Counted from the first letter of the stretch, positions 1-8,382 are shown. The stretch is 64,000 nucleotides of DNA from an uncultured Candidatus Saccharibacteria bacterium (GCA_964355855.1 CAYHFD010000002.1:419-64418), one strand, 5' to 3'. A program made the numbers and translations. The notes: generated by a model from the letters alone, not told the origin.

Positions 1-317
1 GGCGAGGATGATGAAGTTGAGGTTGTGTTCTTCAAACCTGACCTCTCGAACCGCAATGGTTTCATCTCCGATGACGACCTCGAAAAGGAGTTTGAGTTGC
101 GTGGTCTCAAGCCGGTCGATCCGTATTCTTTGGCGGCCGTCAACGAAGCCGATCCGGCTTTCGCGGACGATAAGCCACACGGCACCCACTGGAAGGACGA
201 GAATGGCCAGTGGTGTTGCGCCACGTTCCGCCGGTGGAGCGGCGGGCGGCACGTGAGTGTCGACCGCTACGCCTTGTCTGGGGCGGCAATTGGTGGTTCG
301 CTGGCCGGCGCAAGTAG
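1..317 (+). CDS. DGR target protein paralog A (5'-partial; C-terminal VR1). The frame matching paralog B ends at TAG 315-317; relative to TR and VR2 there is a 1-nt deletion that shifts the listed ORF on to 534.
   Basis: From nt 1 the translation GEDDEVEVVFF...DPYSLAAVNEADPAFADDKPHGTHWKDENGQWCCATFRRWSGGR is collinear with and ~70% identical to the downstream gene 681-1310. It shares the 3' block ggttcgctggccggcgcaagtag with VR2 and TR, but in a +1 frame relative to the upstream part. Confidence 0.6.
212..313 (+). repeat. DGR variable repeat VR1
   Basis: Aligns to TR (1654-1756). About 14 differences fall at TR adenines, with one silent C/T difference and a 1-nt indel near the 3' end. The 3' IMH-like block is identical to TR and VR2. 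Confidence 0.75.
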
Positions 318-422
318 ATTTTGGGCTTTGGCCGCTGGGTCCTTTTTGGACCCTTTGGCCTTAGCCTTTGGGCCCCTGCATTTCGGTGCGGGGGCCTTTT
401 TCTTTTGGTTGAAAAAAGCACA

Positions 423-467
423 AGCACTCTTTCTCCACGAGGTTGAACCTCGTGGAGAAAGAGTGCT
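423..467. repeat. Perfect 45-nt palindrome (20-bp arms, loop TTGAA) ~105 nt downstream of VR1. The core CACGAGGTTGAACCTCGTG recurs at 16774-16792.
   Basis: agcactctttctccacgagg ttgaa cctcgtggagaaagagtgct, checked base by base; the second occurrence lies just after the yafQ-like stop. Confidence 0.8.
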
Positions 468-559
468 ACAAATAAACCAGTTCGCCCATCGATCCCTGTG
501 GCCAAGCTGGCCGGGTATTCTCGCCACTCAATAAGGTTATCTTGAGGCAGTTACAAAAT

Positions 560-588
560 TTGACAAAATAGCCGACAGGGTGTATAAT
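560..588 (+). promoter_or_regulatory. Sigma70-like promoter TTGACA-17-TATAAT with RBS AAGGAGG (666-672) for target gene B
   Basis: ttgaca at 560-565, 17-nt spacer, tataat at 583-588, then aaggagg 8 nt before ATG 681. Confidence 0.55.
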
Positions 589-680
589 TAAAATAGATTG
601 AAAATTGGCCTAAGTAAGGTAGTGATCCATTTTTGCTGTCCTAACTGAAGCCGCCATAACCAAGAAAGGAGGATGACGCC

Positions 681-1310
681 ATGGAAAAGACCATGACCCC
701 ATCCGCAGATTCCGCATCAGACACGAAGACGACGACAGCGGGCCAAATCACCAAAGCCGTCGCCAACTATCGGGCACTTCTGGAGAAGTACGCCGAAGAA
801 TTCCCTGCTGAGGCTGTGCAAACAGTTCTCGGCCAGTCCGAACTTGCCAGTGAGCAATTCGCAGTTTTGCGCCGGCGCATCGAAGTGGTCAGCAATATGA
901 TTGTTCGTCGCGTTAAGGTCAACCGCACCCGCAAGCCCCAAGAGGTTCTGGACGCCACCGGCCGGAAGCAGTACACCAACCGCGCGGTCGTGGACGGTAT
1001 GTCCCAAGGCGAAGGTGACGAAGCTGAAGTCGTTTTCTTCAATCTCGGCCGTTACGTGACCGATACCGAGTTGGAAAAAGAATACGAAATGCGCGGTCTT
1101 GTGCCCGCTGATCCGTATTCTTTGGCCGCCGTGAACGAAGCTGACCCGGCTTTTGCCGATGAAAAGCCGAACGGCACCCACTGGCAAGATTCCGACGGCC
1201 AGTGGTGCTGCGCCGCGTTCTACCGGTGGGACGGCGGGCGGTACGTGGGTGTCCGCCGCAACGTCAATGACTGGGACGACCATTGGTGGTTCGCTGGCCG
1301 GCGCAAGTAG
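681..1310 (+). CDS. DGR target protein paralog B (209 aa) with C-terminal variable repeat VR2
   Basis: Intact ORF with strong promoter and RBS. The C-terminus ...GTHWQDSDGQWCCAAFYRWDGGRYVGVRRNVNDWDDHWWFAGRRK overlaps VR2. Its N-terminal domain has no recognised function and no signal peptide. Confidence 0.8.
   Translation: MEKTMTPSADSASDTKTTTAGQITKAVANYRALLEKYAEEFPAEAVQTVLGQSELASEQFAVLRRRIEVVSNMIVRRVKVNRTRKPQEVLDATGRKQYTNRAVVDGMSQGEGDEAEVVFFNLGRYVTDTELEKEYEMRGLVPADPYSLAAVNEADPAFADEKPNGTHWQDSDGQWCCAAFYRWDGGRYVGVRRNVNDWDDHWWFAGRRK
1204..1306 (+). repeat. DGR variable repeat VR2
   Basis: 103-nt alignment to TR with 16 mismatches, every one at a TR adenine (A to G, T or C); the last 26 nt are identical to TR (IMH-like). 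Confidence 0.85.
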
Positions 1311-1653
1311 CTCTTAGCGCTAAGTCTCTCTGGACTTCGGTCCTTAGAAACTTAGCCCTTAGCCCTGTTTTGATTTGCCATCAAGGTAAATCGGAGCGGG
1401 GCTAAATTTTTGCATAAAATAATATATAATGCTCCCGGTAGTAGGTGAATAGCGATGAGGTTACGGCTTCTCGCTACCGAACCCAGTATCCATGCACCCC
1501 GAGTATCCACGGTCACGGCTGTGGGTAGAGTGGTGTATGCAGACACTTCAAAAAATGAAGCTACTTGGTATAGAGTTTTAAGGCATTGTGATGCCGGATT
1601 CGATACAGCCCCGAGAGTATTCGAGGGGTAGTGAAATAGACGAGACTCTATAC

Positions 1654-1756
1654 AATGCTACGCCACGTTCAACCGGTGGAACGACGAGCGGAACGTGAAT
1701 GTCAACCGCAACGACAATGACTGGAACGACAATTGGTGGTTCGCTGGCCGGCGCAA
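1654..1756 (+). repeat. DGR template repeat (TR), non-coding and adenine/AAC-rich
   Basis: This copy of the VR region has no upstream gene body. In the VR frame it reads NRWNDERNVNVNRNDNDWNDNWWFAGRR (AAC codons at the variable sites). The sequence diverges from the VRs right after gcgcaa (VR: gtag; TR: ctcac), i.e. an IMH/IMH*-type boundary. Confidence 0.85.
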
Positions 1757-1762
1757 CTCACT

Positions 1763-2092
1763 TCATTTTTCTCCCAATTTTGTGTTGGGAGAGTTTTGTT
1801 TTAATATCTGCCCACTCCAGCCGCCAAGCATTTTGCCGATTTCTTCAAGTGGCAAGGACAGGGCGATATATTTTTTATTGTCCAAAGACTTGGTTTCCCA
1901 CAAAATCATTAAAAGAACTTTGGCGGTATCCACTTTTCGAATGGCTAATCGGACCCACGGCTGTTTTTCGTCTTTGGCTAGAAAACTCGCGGCAGCAATG
2001 GCTTCGATTGCCTCAATAAACAGCGTGTCTATTTTCTGGCCAAGTGAGTAGCGGTGGGTTTTGGGTAAAATCTGGTGGTAGCTGGACCACAA
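1763..2092 (-). CDS. avd: Four-helix-bundle protein, Avd-like accessory variability determinant, antisense between TR and RT
   Basis: 109-aa ORF ...LPKTHRYSLGQKIDTLFIEAIEAIAAAS...LPLEEIGKMLGGW, resembling the four-helix-bundle family (TIGR02436-like) used as DGR Avd. It is on the opposite strand to TR and RT. Confidence 0.6.
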   Translation of the reverse strand: MWSSYHQILPKTHRYSLGQKIDTLFIEAIEAIAAASFLAKDEKQPWVRLAIRKVDTAKVLLMILWETKSLDNKKYIALSLPLEEIGKMLGGWSGQILKQNSPNTKLGEK

Positions 2093-2175
2093 AATATAGA
2101 CGGCTTTTAGTCGCTCAAGAAGCGGTAGGAGCTTTGGTTGTGAAAAGGTGCGGGGGGGGTACTATTCGAAGCGTT

Positions 2176-3216
2176 ATGCCCAAAATCCAGTTTACTCATA
2201 GTTATGAAGATATTATTTCACTTGATAATCTGCTTTCAGCGTGGCCAGAGTTTAGCACTGGCAAGCGGAAACGAAAAGATGTGCAGGAATTTGCGCGAAA
2301 CTTGATGACGAATATTATTTCTTTGCACTCTGATTTAGCTGCCAAAACCTACCAACATTCTGCCTATGAGGCTTTTAATATTGCCGATCCGAAGCCGCGG
2401 AACATTCACAAAGCCAGTGTCCGCGACCGCCTGTTGCACCATGCTTTATACCGGAAACTTTACCCATTCTTTGACCGCACCTTCATTGCTGATTCATTTT
2501 CCTGCCGGCGTCGGAAAGGAACACATAAGGCGGTGAAGAGGTTTGAGAGACTGGCGAGAAAGGCGAGTCAGAATAATACCAAGACGCTCTGGGTCTTGAA
2601 ATGCGATATTCGCAAGTTTTTCGCCTCGATTGAGCAGACAATATTGCTGGATATCGTAAATGGTTATATTCCCGACAAAAACATTGTTTGGTTGATTGGA
2701 AAAATTGTATTAAGCTTTCACTCGACCGCCCCAGGCAAAGGCCTACCTCTCGGCAACCTCACTTCCCAACTGTTAGTGAATATTTATATGAACGAATTTG
2801 ACCAGTTTGTGAAGCATAAACTCAAAGTGAAATATTATATCCGGTATGCCGATGATTTTGTTGTTATGTCTACCGATAAAAAGTGGCTAGAAGAAATATT
2901 GTTGGAGATTAGGGGATTTTTGGAAGAAAAACTTAAGCTGAAACTTCATCCAGACAAAGTGTTTATCAAAACTATCGCCTCGGGTGTGGATTTCTTGGGT
3001 TGGGTCCATTTTCCCGACCATCGCGTTTTGCGGACGATGACCAAAAGGCGGATGTTTAGAAATATTAAAGAGAAAGAGGGGAAGGTGGAGACTGTCCAGT
3101 CGTACTTGGGGTTGTTGCGACATGGCAATGGGTGGAAACTCCAGCGAGAGATTTTTGTTTCTTTGAAAAAAGAGTACTCCGGCCCGCGCGCCGTAGGCGC
3201 GGGGGATTTGCTATAA
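2176..3216 (+). CDS. DGR-type reverse transcriptase
   Basis: Contains YADDFVV (RT motif 5) and LPLGNLTSQLLVNIY, which matches the [ILV]GxxxSQ DGR signature rather than the group II QGxxxSP. The N-terminus has the FEAY.../KRKRKDV... pattern typical of DGR RTs. No group II domain V/VI RNA lies downstream. ATG 2176 was chosen inside the longer ORF 2044-3216. Confidence 0.85.
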   Translation: MPKIQFTHSYEDIISLDNLLSAWPEFSTGKRKRKDVQEFARNLMTNIISLHSDLAAKTYQHSAYEAFNIADPKPRNIHKASVRDRLLHHALYRKLYPFFDRTFIADSFSCRRRKGTHKAVKRFERLARKASQNNTKTLWVLKCDIRKFFASIEQTILLDIVNGYIPDKNIVWLIGKIVLSFHSTAPGKGLPLGNLTSQLLVNIYMNEFDQFVKHKLKVKYYIRYADDFVVMSTDKKWLEEILLEIRGFLEEKLKLKLHPDKVFIKTIASGVDFLGWVHFPDHRVLRTMTKRRMFRNIKEKEGKVETVQSYLGLLRHGNGWKLQREIFVSLKKEYSGPRAVGAGDLL

Positions 3217-3247
3217 TGTCAGTGTTACTAATTTATCTAACAAAAAT

Positions 3248-3649
3248 ATGAAAAAGGGTTACAAAGAAAATATTGAAAATTTAACCATTGCCAATACTGA
3301 TTTCCGGCGGGTGGTCTATACGGGGGCGCACATGCAACTAGTTTTAATGTCACTTAAACCTGGTGAAGATATTGGTATGGAAATTCACGAGGACAACGAC
3401 CAGTTTTTTCGGTTTGATGCAGGAGAGGGCAAGGTAGTAATAAATGGTAATGAATATGAAGTGGCCGATGGTGACGCGGTAATAGTGCCAGCGGGGGCCG
3501 AACACAATGTCATTAACACTTCTCTTGACCAAGATTTAAAACTTTACATCATTTACGCTCCGTCTCACCACCAAGACGGAACTATTCGCGCGAATAAGGC
3601 TGAGGCCATTGCCGATAGTCCCGATTTTGATGGCCAGACGACGGAATAA
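3248..3649 (+). CDS. Cupin-domain protein
   Basis: 133-aa protein with a cupin beta-barrel pattern (G..H.H....E.F.V..G....G.....GD.V..P.G..H). Confidence 0.5.
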   Translation: MKKGYKENIENLTIANTDFRRVVYTGAHMQLVLMSLKPGEDIGMEIHEDNDQFFRFDAGEGKVVINGNEYEVADGDAVIVPAGAEHNVINTSLDQDLKLYIIYAPSHHQDGTIRANKAEAIADSPDFDGQTTE

Positions 3650-3663
3650 TTAAAATTATTTTT

Positions 3664-4482
3664 ATGATAGAAAAAACCGAATTTAATTCCGAGCTCGCCC
3701 CAGATCCACAAAAAGGATCTGTTGAAAAAAGAAAGGTTACTTATGAGAATGCTCTTGAGGCAGCTCGGCGGGCTTTGTCTTTTGGGGCTACTCCTGATAC
3801 ATGGGATGAACGTGAGTCTACTGAAAACCCAGAGTCAGGAAGTGTTGATGAACAAATGAATATTATTGAGAGATGGGTCGAAAGTCAGGATTTACTGGGG
3901 ACGATTGATACGATAGAAAAGGCGACAGCCTGGGCGATATATTGGCAGTTGTGGGTCAAAGCTGGTCTAACAGAACCATTTTATTTAAAAAATCAACTTG
4001 AACAAATAAATGATGAGATTTCTTTGTCATTAAATGCTGGAGTAGGTGAAGAAGTATTATCTATACTTGAAAATGTAAAGAAAAATATAGAAATACTTCT
4101 ACCGCCAGAAATGACTGTTTCGAAGAAGATTGAAAATAAAATACAAAGTGCAAAAGAATTGGCTAAAACAGGTAAGTTTAATGATGCCATAAGTTCTCTG
4201 TCTTCTATTTTAGTAAACCCGGCTTATAAAACCCACTTTAAATCGAAAAAGAATGTCCAAAAGGTTCAGGAAATAATTATTTTGCGGGGGGACATACAAA
4301 TAACAGAAGAAACCAAAGAGGCACAAATAAATACAGACAAAGGGGATTATGAGCGAGTTATTCAGCGCCTAAATTGGCTCATAGCAAAGCTTGATGGTGA
4401 AGGATATTTTGAGGTTAAATCGGATCAAAAAGAAAAATTAAAAAGTCTTTTAACTAGTGCTCAATCTCAGATAATAGGCTAG
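3664..4482 (+). CDS. Hypothetical protein (acidic, helical)
   Basis: 272-aa ORF with no recognisable motif. Confidence 0.4.
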   Translation: MIEKTEFNSELAPDPQKGSVEKRKVTYENALEAARRALSFGATPDTWDERESTENPESGSVDEQMNIIERWVESQDLLGTIDTIEKATAWAIYWQLWVKAGLTEPFYLKNQLEQINDEISLSLNAGVGEEVLSILENVKKNIEILLPPEMTVSKKIENKIQSAKELAKTGKFNDAISSLSSILVNPAYKTHFKSKKNVQKVQEIIILRGDIQITEETKEAQINTDKGDYERVIQRLNWLIAKLDGEGYFEVKSDQKEKLKSLLTSAQSQIIG

Positions 4483-4501
4483 GTGTGGGGATTTCTTCTT
4501 G

Positions 4502-5359
4502 TTAATGAGAAAAAATAGTATTGAAGCCAATCATTAAAACTAGTCCACAGGCTAGGGCTAAAATATGCCGCTTGATATTACCGTGTCGTCGAATATTTTT
4601 AGTGGTGTGGGGAATAAGGTCGCGAACAATAACATACAAAAACCCGCCAGCCGAAAGGGCTACTAGGGGGCCAATGAGTTTTTCCGTATTAGCCAAATAT
4701 AAACTTAAGGTGACACCGATTAAAATAGTACTCGAGGTGAGAAAGTTTATCACCAAAGCTTTTTTGGCACTAAAACCAGCTTCCCTCATCACAAAAAACT
4801 CGGATATTCCTTGGACGACTTCATGCAGAAAAATACCTAAAGTGGCCGAGAAGCCAAAGAGAGGGCTGGCAATAAAAGCGGGGACCAGCAAGATACCATC
4901 GCCAATATTATGAATAGCGTCGCTTAAAATCATTCGCCTAGCATCGATGTGGTTGTGAGTATGGCTGTGCTCGATTTCGTGGTGGTGGTGGGCGCCGGGG
5001 ATAAGGTGGCTGGCTAGTTCTAAAATAGCGAAACTCGCCACCACCAAAGATATTAGTTCCACCAAACTAAGTCCTAGCTGTTTAGTTTCCTCAAGCAAGG
5101 AATAGACAATAACCGCGAAAATACCAATCGAAAAAGTGACCAGATAGACCAGATTATTTTTTACTAAATTGTCTAATTTAAACCAGACAAAAAGTACCCC
5201 CGAAAGGGAAGCGAGCATAATAAAAGCCGAGGCGGTAAGTATTTCGATAACCATAAAGACGAGTATAGCCGAAGAGACGACTAAATGAAATAGTTTTAGG
5301 TTCAAACAAGCGGTAGGCTCGCTGGGTGCTATAATTAGATAATGTTTAAATCCGGTCAC
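4502..5359 (-). CDS. ZIP-family metal (zinc) transporter
   Basis: Multi-TM protein with a His-rich loop (HHHHEIEHSHTHNH) and an HEVVQGISEF motif like ZupT HEVPQE. Confidence 0.7.
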   Translation of the reverse strand: MTGFKHYLIIAPSEPTACLNLKLFHLVVSSAILVFMVIEILTASAFIMLASLSGVLFVWFKLDNLVKNNLVYLVTFSIGIFAVIVYSLLEETKQLGLSLVELISLVVASFAILELASHLIPGAHHHHEIEHSHTHNHIDARRMILSDAIHNIGDGILLVPAFIASPLFGFSATLGIFLHEVVQGISEFFVMREAGFSAKKALVINFLTSSTILIGVTLSLYLANTEKLIGPLVALSAGGFLYVIVRDLIPHTTKNIRRHGNIKRHILALACGLVLMIGFNTIFSH

Positions 5360-5764
5360 TATTTTTATGGTCTAGTTTTTGTTTTTGGCTTACTTTTAAA
5401 CATTCTTTGGGAAAATCTGCACTCGATTTTGTATGTTCACTACCAAGGCGAAATAATTTCGGAGGCTATTTTATTAAAGGCCTCATTTTTTGACGCACTT
5501 ATAATTTGTCTATTGTGGGGCCTGGCTCATAAAATTTCTGCTCGCTACCAAGTGGAAATTTTTGTGGCCGGTAGTTTGCTTTTCGCCGTAATTTTAGAAA
5601 TATGGGCTTTGGGGACAAATCGCTGGGCCTATAATGAACTGATGCCCTTGGTCCCAATACTAAAAGTGGGCTGGTCGCCCACGGTTCAACTGGCGGTGAC
5701 GGGTACTTTGTCTTTTGGGGTGACTCGGGCTACTATTAAACTCTATGTTAATAAGTTTAAATAA
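5342..5764 (+). CDS. Hypothetical membrane protein
   Basis: Hydrophobic 140-aa ORF. Confidence 0.35.
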   Translation: MFKSGHYFYGLVFVFGLLLNILWENLHSILYVHYQGEIISEAILLKASFFDALIICLLWGLAHKISARYQVEIFVAGSLLFAVILEIWALGTNRWAYNELMPLVPILKVGWSPTVQLAVTGTLSFGVTRATIKLYVNKFK

Positions 5765-5880
5765 TTTAACTAAAGGCCAATGGGCGGTATTTATTATGGG
5801 TGTAGTTTCGATTTGTGGCTTTGTCATTTACTTTTTAAAGATTGGGAACAATGAGTTTATTTGGTATATCGGGGTAATGA

Positions 5881-6336
5881 TTGGGTTTCTGCTGCTTTTG
5901 CTTGGAACTTTGCGTTTTTACCAAACTAAGTTTAGCTAGTTTGTGGGCGCTACTTACTTGGGGTCTATTACATATGGCTGGCGGTAGTATTCCAGTGGGT
6001 GATACTGTTTTGTATGGTTATAAAATATTTCCGTTTATTGATAAAGGTGGCGAGTTTTACATTTTAAAATTTGATCAAGTGGTGCATGCTTTTGGTTTTG
6101 CAGTGGCGACTTTGGTGATGTATGAAATAATCCGTCCGCGCTGGCGGGGAAGCCGAGGACTTTTGTCTTTCGTGGCGTTTTTGGGCGGGATGGGCCTAGG
6201 AGCGCTTAATGAAATCGTCGAGTTTGTGGCAGTGTTAGTTTTTCCGGCGACCGGGGTGGGTGGGTATTTTAACACCGGTCTGGATTTGGTGTTTAATCCA
6301 AGCCCAGAATTCCCCGTCAGTTTACGGCGGGGATAA
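5881..6336 (+). CDS. Hypothetical membrane protein (start uncertain, possibly the internal Met near 5977)
   Basis: Multi-TM ORF immediately upstream of repeat copy A. Confidence 0.35.
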   Translation: MGFCCFCLELCVFTKLSLASLWALLTWGLLHMAGGSIPVGDTVLYGYKIFPFIDKGGEFYILKFDQVVHAFGFAVATLVMYEIIRPRWRGSRGLLSFVAFLGGMGLGALNEIVEFVAVLVFPATGVGGYFNTGLDLVFNPSPEFPVSLRRG

Positions 6337-6482
6337 ATGGGCGAGGAAAGGGGGTCGGGGAAAACGGAGTTTTCCCCGTGGCGGAGAGCAGCGAAGCGTT
6401 GAGAACCGAGGGGTTCTCAAAATAAATCTCTCCTCGCTTAATACCACGCTAGCTTGGCTACGGGGATAGGACGAGAGAAATT
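6293..6482 (+). repeat. Copy A of a ~200-bp structured repeat family (MITE-like or ncRNA)
   Basis: ttaatccaagcccagaattccccgtcagtttacggcgggg...gagaaccgaggggttctc...ggctacggggataggacgag; the same element occurs at 8705-8900 and 46688-46890. Confidence 0.8.
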
Positions 6483-7321
6483 TATGATTGTAGCAATTTT
6501 TTATAGAGTTCTACTATTAATTTGTCGTCATTATCGTGATCAAAAGCGGAAAAACCGGGCTGGGTATTTAGTTCAAACAAGACAAATTTACCATTGGTGG
6601 TTTCGGCCACATCAAGACCCGCTAGACCTATTTTTAACTTGGAAAAAACAGGAGAAAGAAAGGACGCAAGTTCGCCCAAGCGGTGCTGGTCTGTGACCAG
6701 CACCGCTTGGGCGTTTTCGTAGTGGAGGGGACTAAGGTTGCCGGTAAAGACCGCTCTAGAAATATCTTTCTCATAGGCAAATTTGATTTGATTATTTAAA
6801 ACAACTACGCGGTATTCGGTTTTTATTAGTACAAATTCTTGGGCCAAAGCAACATAGTCATAATTTTTAGATTTTTTATTGTAAATTTTCTTAAGAGCCC
6901 GGCGAATATCATTTATACTTTCACATTTAAAAACATTTCTACCCTGACTACCATTATTCATTTTTATAATTACCGGAAGTTCAAACTTGTGACTGATATC
7001 AATAGCGATGTCTTCTTGAGAATGAAAATTTTTATACTGATCAAATTCAGCCAGGGCGTCCGGATCAAAATACCCAATAGTCCGAGGCATATTTATGTGG
7101 GAAGAAAGAAAAAGATAAGTAAATTCTTTGTCTTCGGCTAGTCGAACCAAGTCCGACTGATTGGCGGGACTAGTGCAATTAATAAAAGTTTTGGGTCCGT
7201 ATGGGGTTTTAACTTCAATAAAATTTTTATTTTTATCAAAAAAGCTGTAAGAAAAACCCAGCGCCATGGCCGCCTTTTCGACACAAGCGATATTTAAGCA
7301 TTGGGTAGGTTGTACATCCAT
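6482..7321 (-). CDS. ATP-grasp domain protein (RimK/glutathione-synthetase-like ligase)
   Basis: 279-aa protein with an ATP-grasp-like central region (..KMNNGSQGRNVF.. and ..VLFELNTQPGF..). Confidence 0.5.
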   Translation of the reverse strand: MDVQPTQCLNIACVEKAAMALGFSYSFFDKNKNFIEVKTPYGPKTFINCTSPANQSDLVRLAEDKEFTYLFLSSHINMPRTIGYFDPDALAEFDQYKNFHSQEDIAIDISHKFELPVIIKMNNGSQGRNVFKCESINDIRRALKKIYNKKSKNYDYVALAQEFVLIKTEYRVVVLNNQIKFAYEKDISRAVFTGNLSPLHYENAQAVLVTDQHRLGELASFLSPVFSKLKIGLAGLDVAETTNGKFVLFELNTQPGFSAFDHDNDDKLIVELYKKLLQS

Positions 7322-7365
7322 TGCATTAAAAGGTACTCTGATTTAGTCTATAGTACAAGATAAAT

Positions 7366-8382
7366 ATGAACCTAGTTGATTTTAAAGACAAAGTAGTAGA
7401 AATAAGACAAGCGATTGATCGCGCTAAAACTATTTTACTGCACTTGCATCCTAGCCCCGATCCTGATTCGGTGGGGTCGGTTCTCGCGCTGGCTGAATAT
7501 TGTGATAGCTTGGGGAAAATGGTCACGGTCATTGGCGGTGACTCGGAATTATCTACTACTATGGCTATCGTGCCCGGGTTTGATCGAATTTTGTCCAAGT
7601 CCTATGCGGATATAAATCCAGCTGATTTTGATTTGTTTCTAATTTTAGATTCGGGAGCCGTGGGGATGATTTCCAAAAAAGGGGAAGTAGTTTTTCCCGC
7701 CAATATGACGACGGTGGTAATCGACCACCACGCGACCAATACTGGCTATGGGCAAATAAATTTAATTAATACCGAAGCGCCCGCGACCGCCCAAATTGTG
7801 CATGAACTTTTAGCTGAATGGGGAGCGACGATAACCACCGCTATGGCCAGCAATCTGTATGCGGGGCTGCACGGTGATACTGGTGGTTTTCGTTATGGTA
7901 ATACTACTCCTAGAACCATGGTAGTGGCGTCTAAATTATTGGAAATAAATCCACTAGCGACCAAACTAATTTTAGATATGGGGCGAGCTTTTCCTAAAGG
8001 ATTACTACGGTACAAGGCTCTCGCTTTTTCGGTGATTGAAGAAATTTTAGCGGGTCGGGGGGCGCTCATTACCCTTTCATATGATGATTTAAATAAAGCC
8101 GGCATCGATTTGGCTGACACCGAAGCGGCCTCACTTTCTAATGAGCTTTTGTCTGTCAAAGACTGGCTTTTGGGCGTGACTTTGGTGGAAAAGGAAGCAG
8201 GGCGGGTGCGAGTGTCACTGCGTTCTAAAGATGCCAATTTGCTTGATGTCTCTAAAGTGGCGGTGGCCCTAGGTGGTGGCGGGCACCCACTGGCCGCCGG
8301 GATTTTGCTTTTAATGCCAATTGATGAAGCGAAAGAAAAAGTGATAGAAATGATAGAAAAAAATTTTACAAAATTGACTTAA
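7366..8382 (+). CDS. nrnA: DHH-family phosphoesterase NrnA (oligoribonuclease/pAp phosphatase)
   Basis: Has the DHH and DHHA1 motifs (HPSPDPDSVGS, VIDHHATN, GGGGHPLAAG). Confidence 0.75.
   Translation: MNLVDFKDKVVEIRQAIDRAKTILLHLHPSPDPDSVGSVLALAEYCDSLGKMVTVIGGDSELSTTMAIVPGFDRILSKSYADINPADFDLFLILDSGAVGMISKKGEVVFPANMTTVVIDHHATNTGYGQINLINTEAPATAQIVHELLAEWGATITTAMASNLYAGLHGDTGGFRYGNTTPRTMVVASKLLEINPLATKLILDMGRAFPKGLLRYKALAFSVIEEILAGRGALITLSYDDLNKAGIDLADTEAASLSNELLSVKDWLLGVTLVEKEAGRVRVSLRSKDANLLDVSKVAVALGGGGHPLAAGILLLMPIDEAKEKVIEMIEKNFTKLT

Noticed and set aside
717-1283. Minus-strand ORFs (717-1283 and 767-1042) overlapping DGR target gene B
   Set aside because: They are shadow ORFs of a GC-rich coding region. 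The plus-strand gene has a promoter, an RBS and a paralog.
1695-2051. Plus-strand ORFs 1695-2051 and 1699-2019 starting inside the TR
   Set aside because: They are read-through of the non-coding template repeat into the antisense of the Avd-like gene. They have no RBS and no recognisable protein features, whereas the minus-strand four-helix-bundle ORF has family-like motifs.
2044-3216. The RT could instead be a group II intron maturase/RT or a retron RT
   Set aside because: Motif 4 is GNLTSQ (DGR type), not QGxxxSP. No domain V/VI-like RNA or GUGYG/AY boundaries flank it. An adjacent TR with adenine-specific VR mismatches explains it fully.
5342-6336. Three consecutive membrane ORFs (5342-5764, 5745-5939, 5881-6336) as one frameshifted gene
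   Set aside because: They are in three different frames with no detectable homology continuity between pieces, so they are kept as separate low-confidence hypothetical genes.
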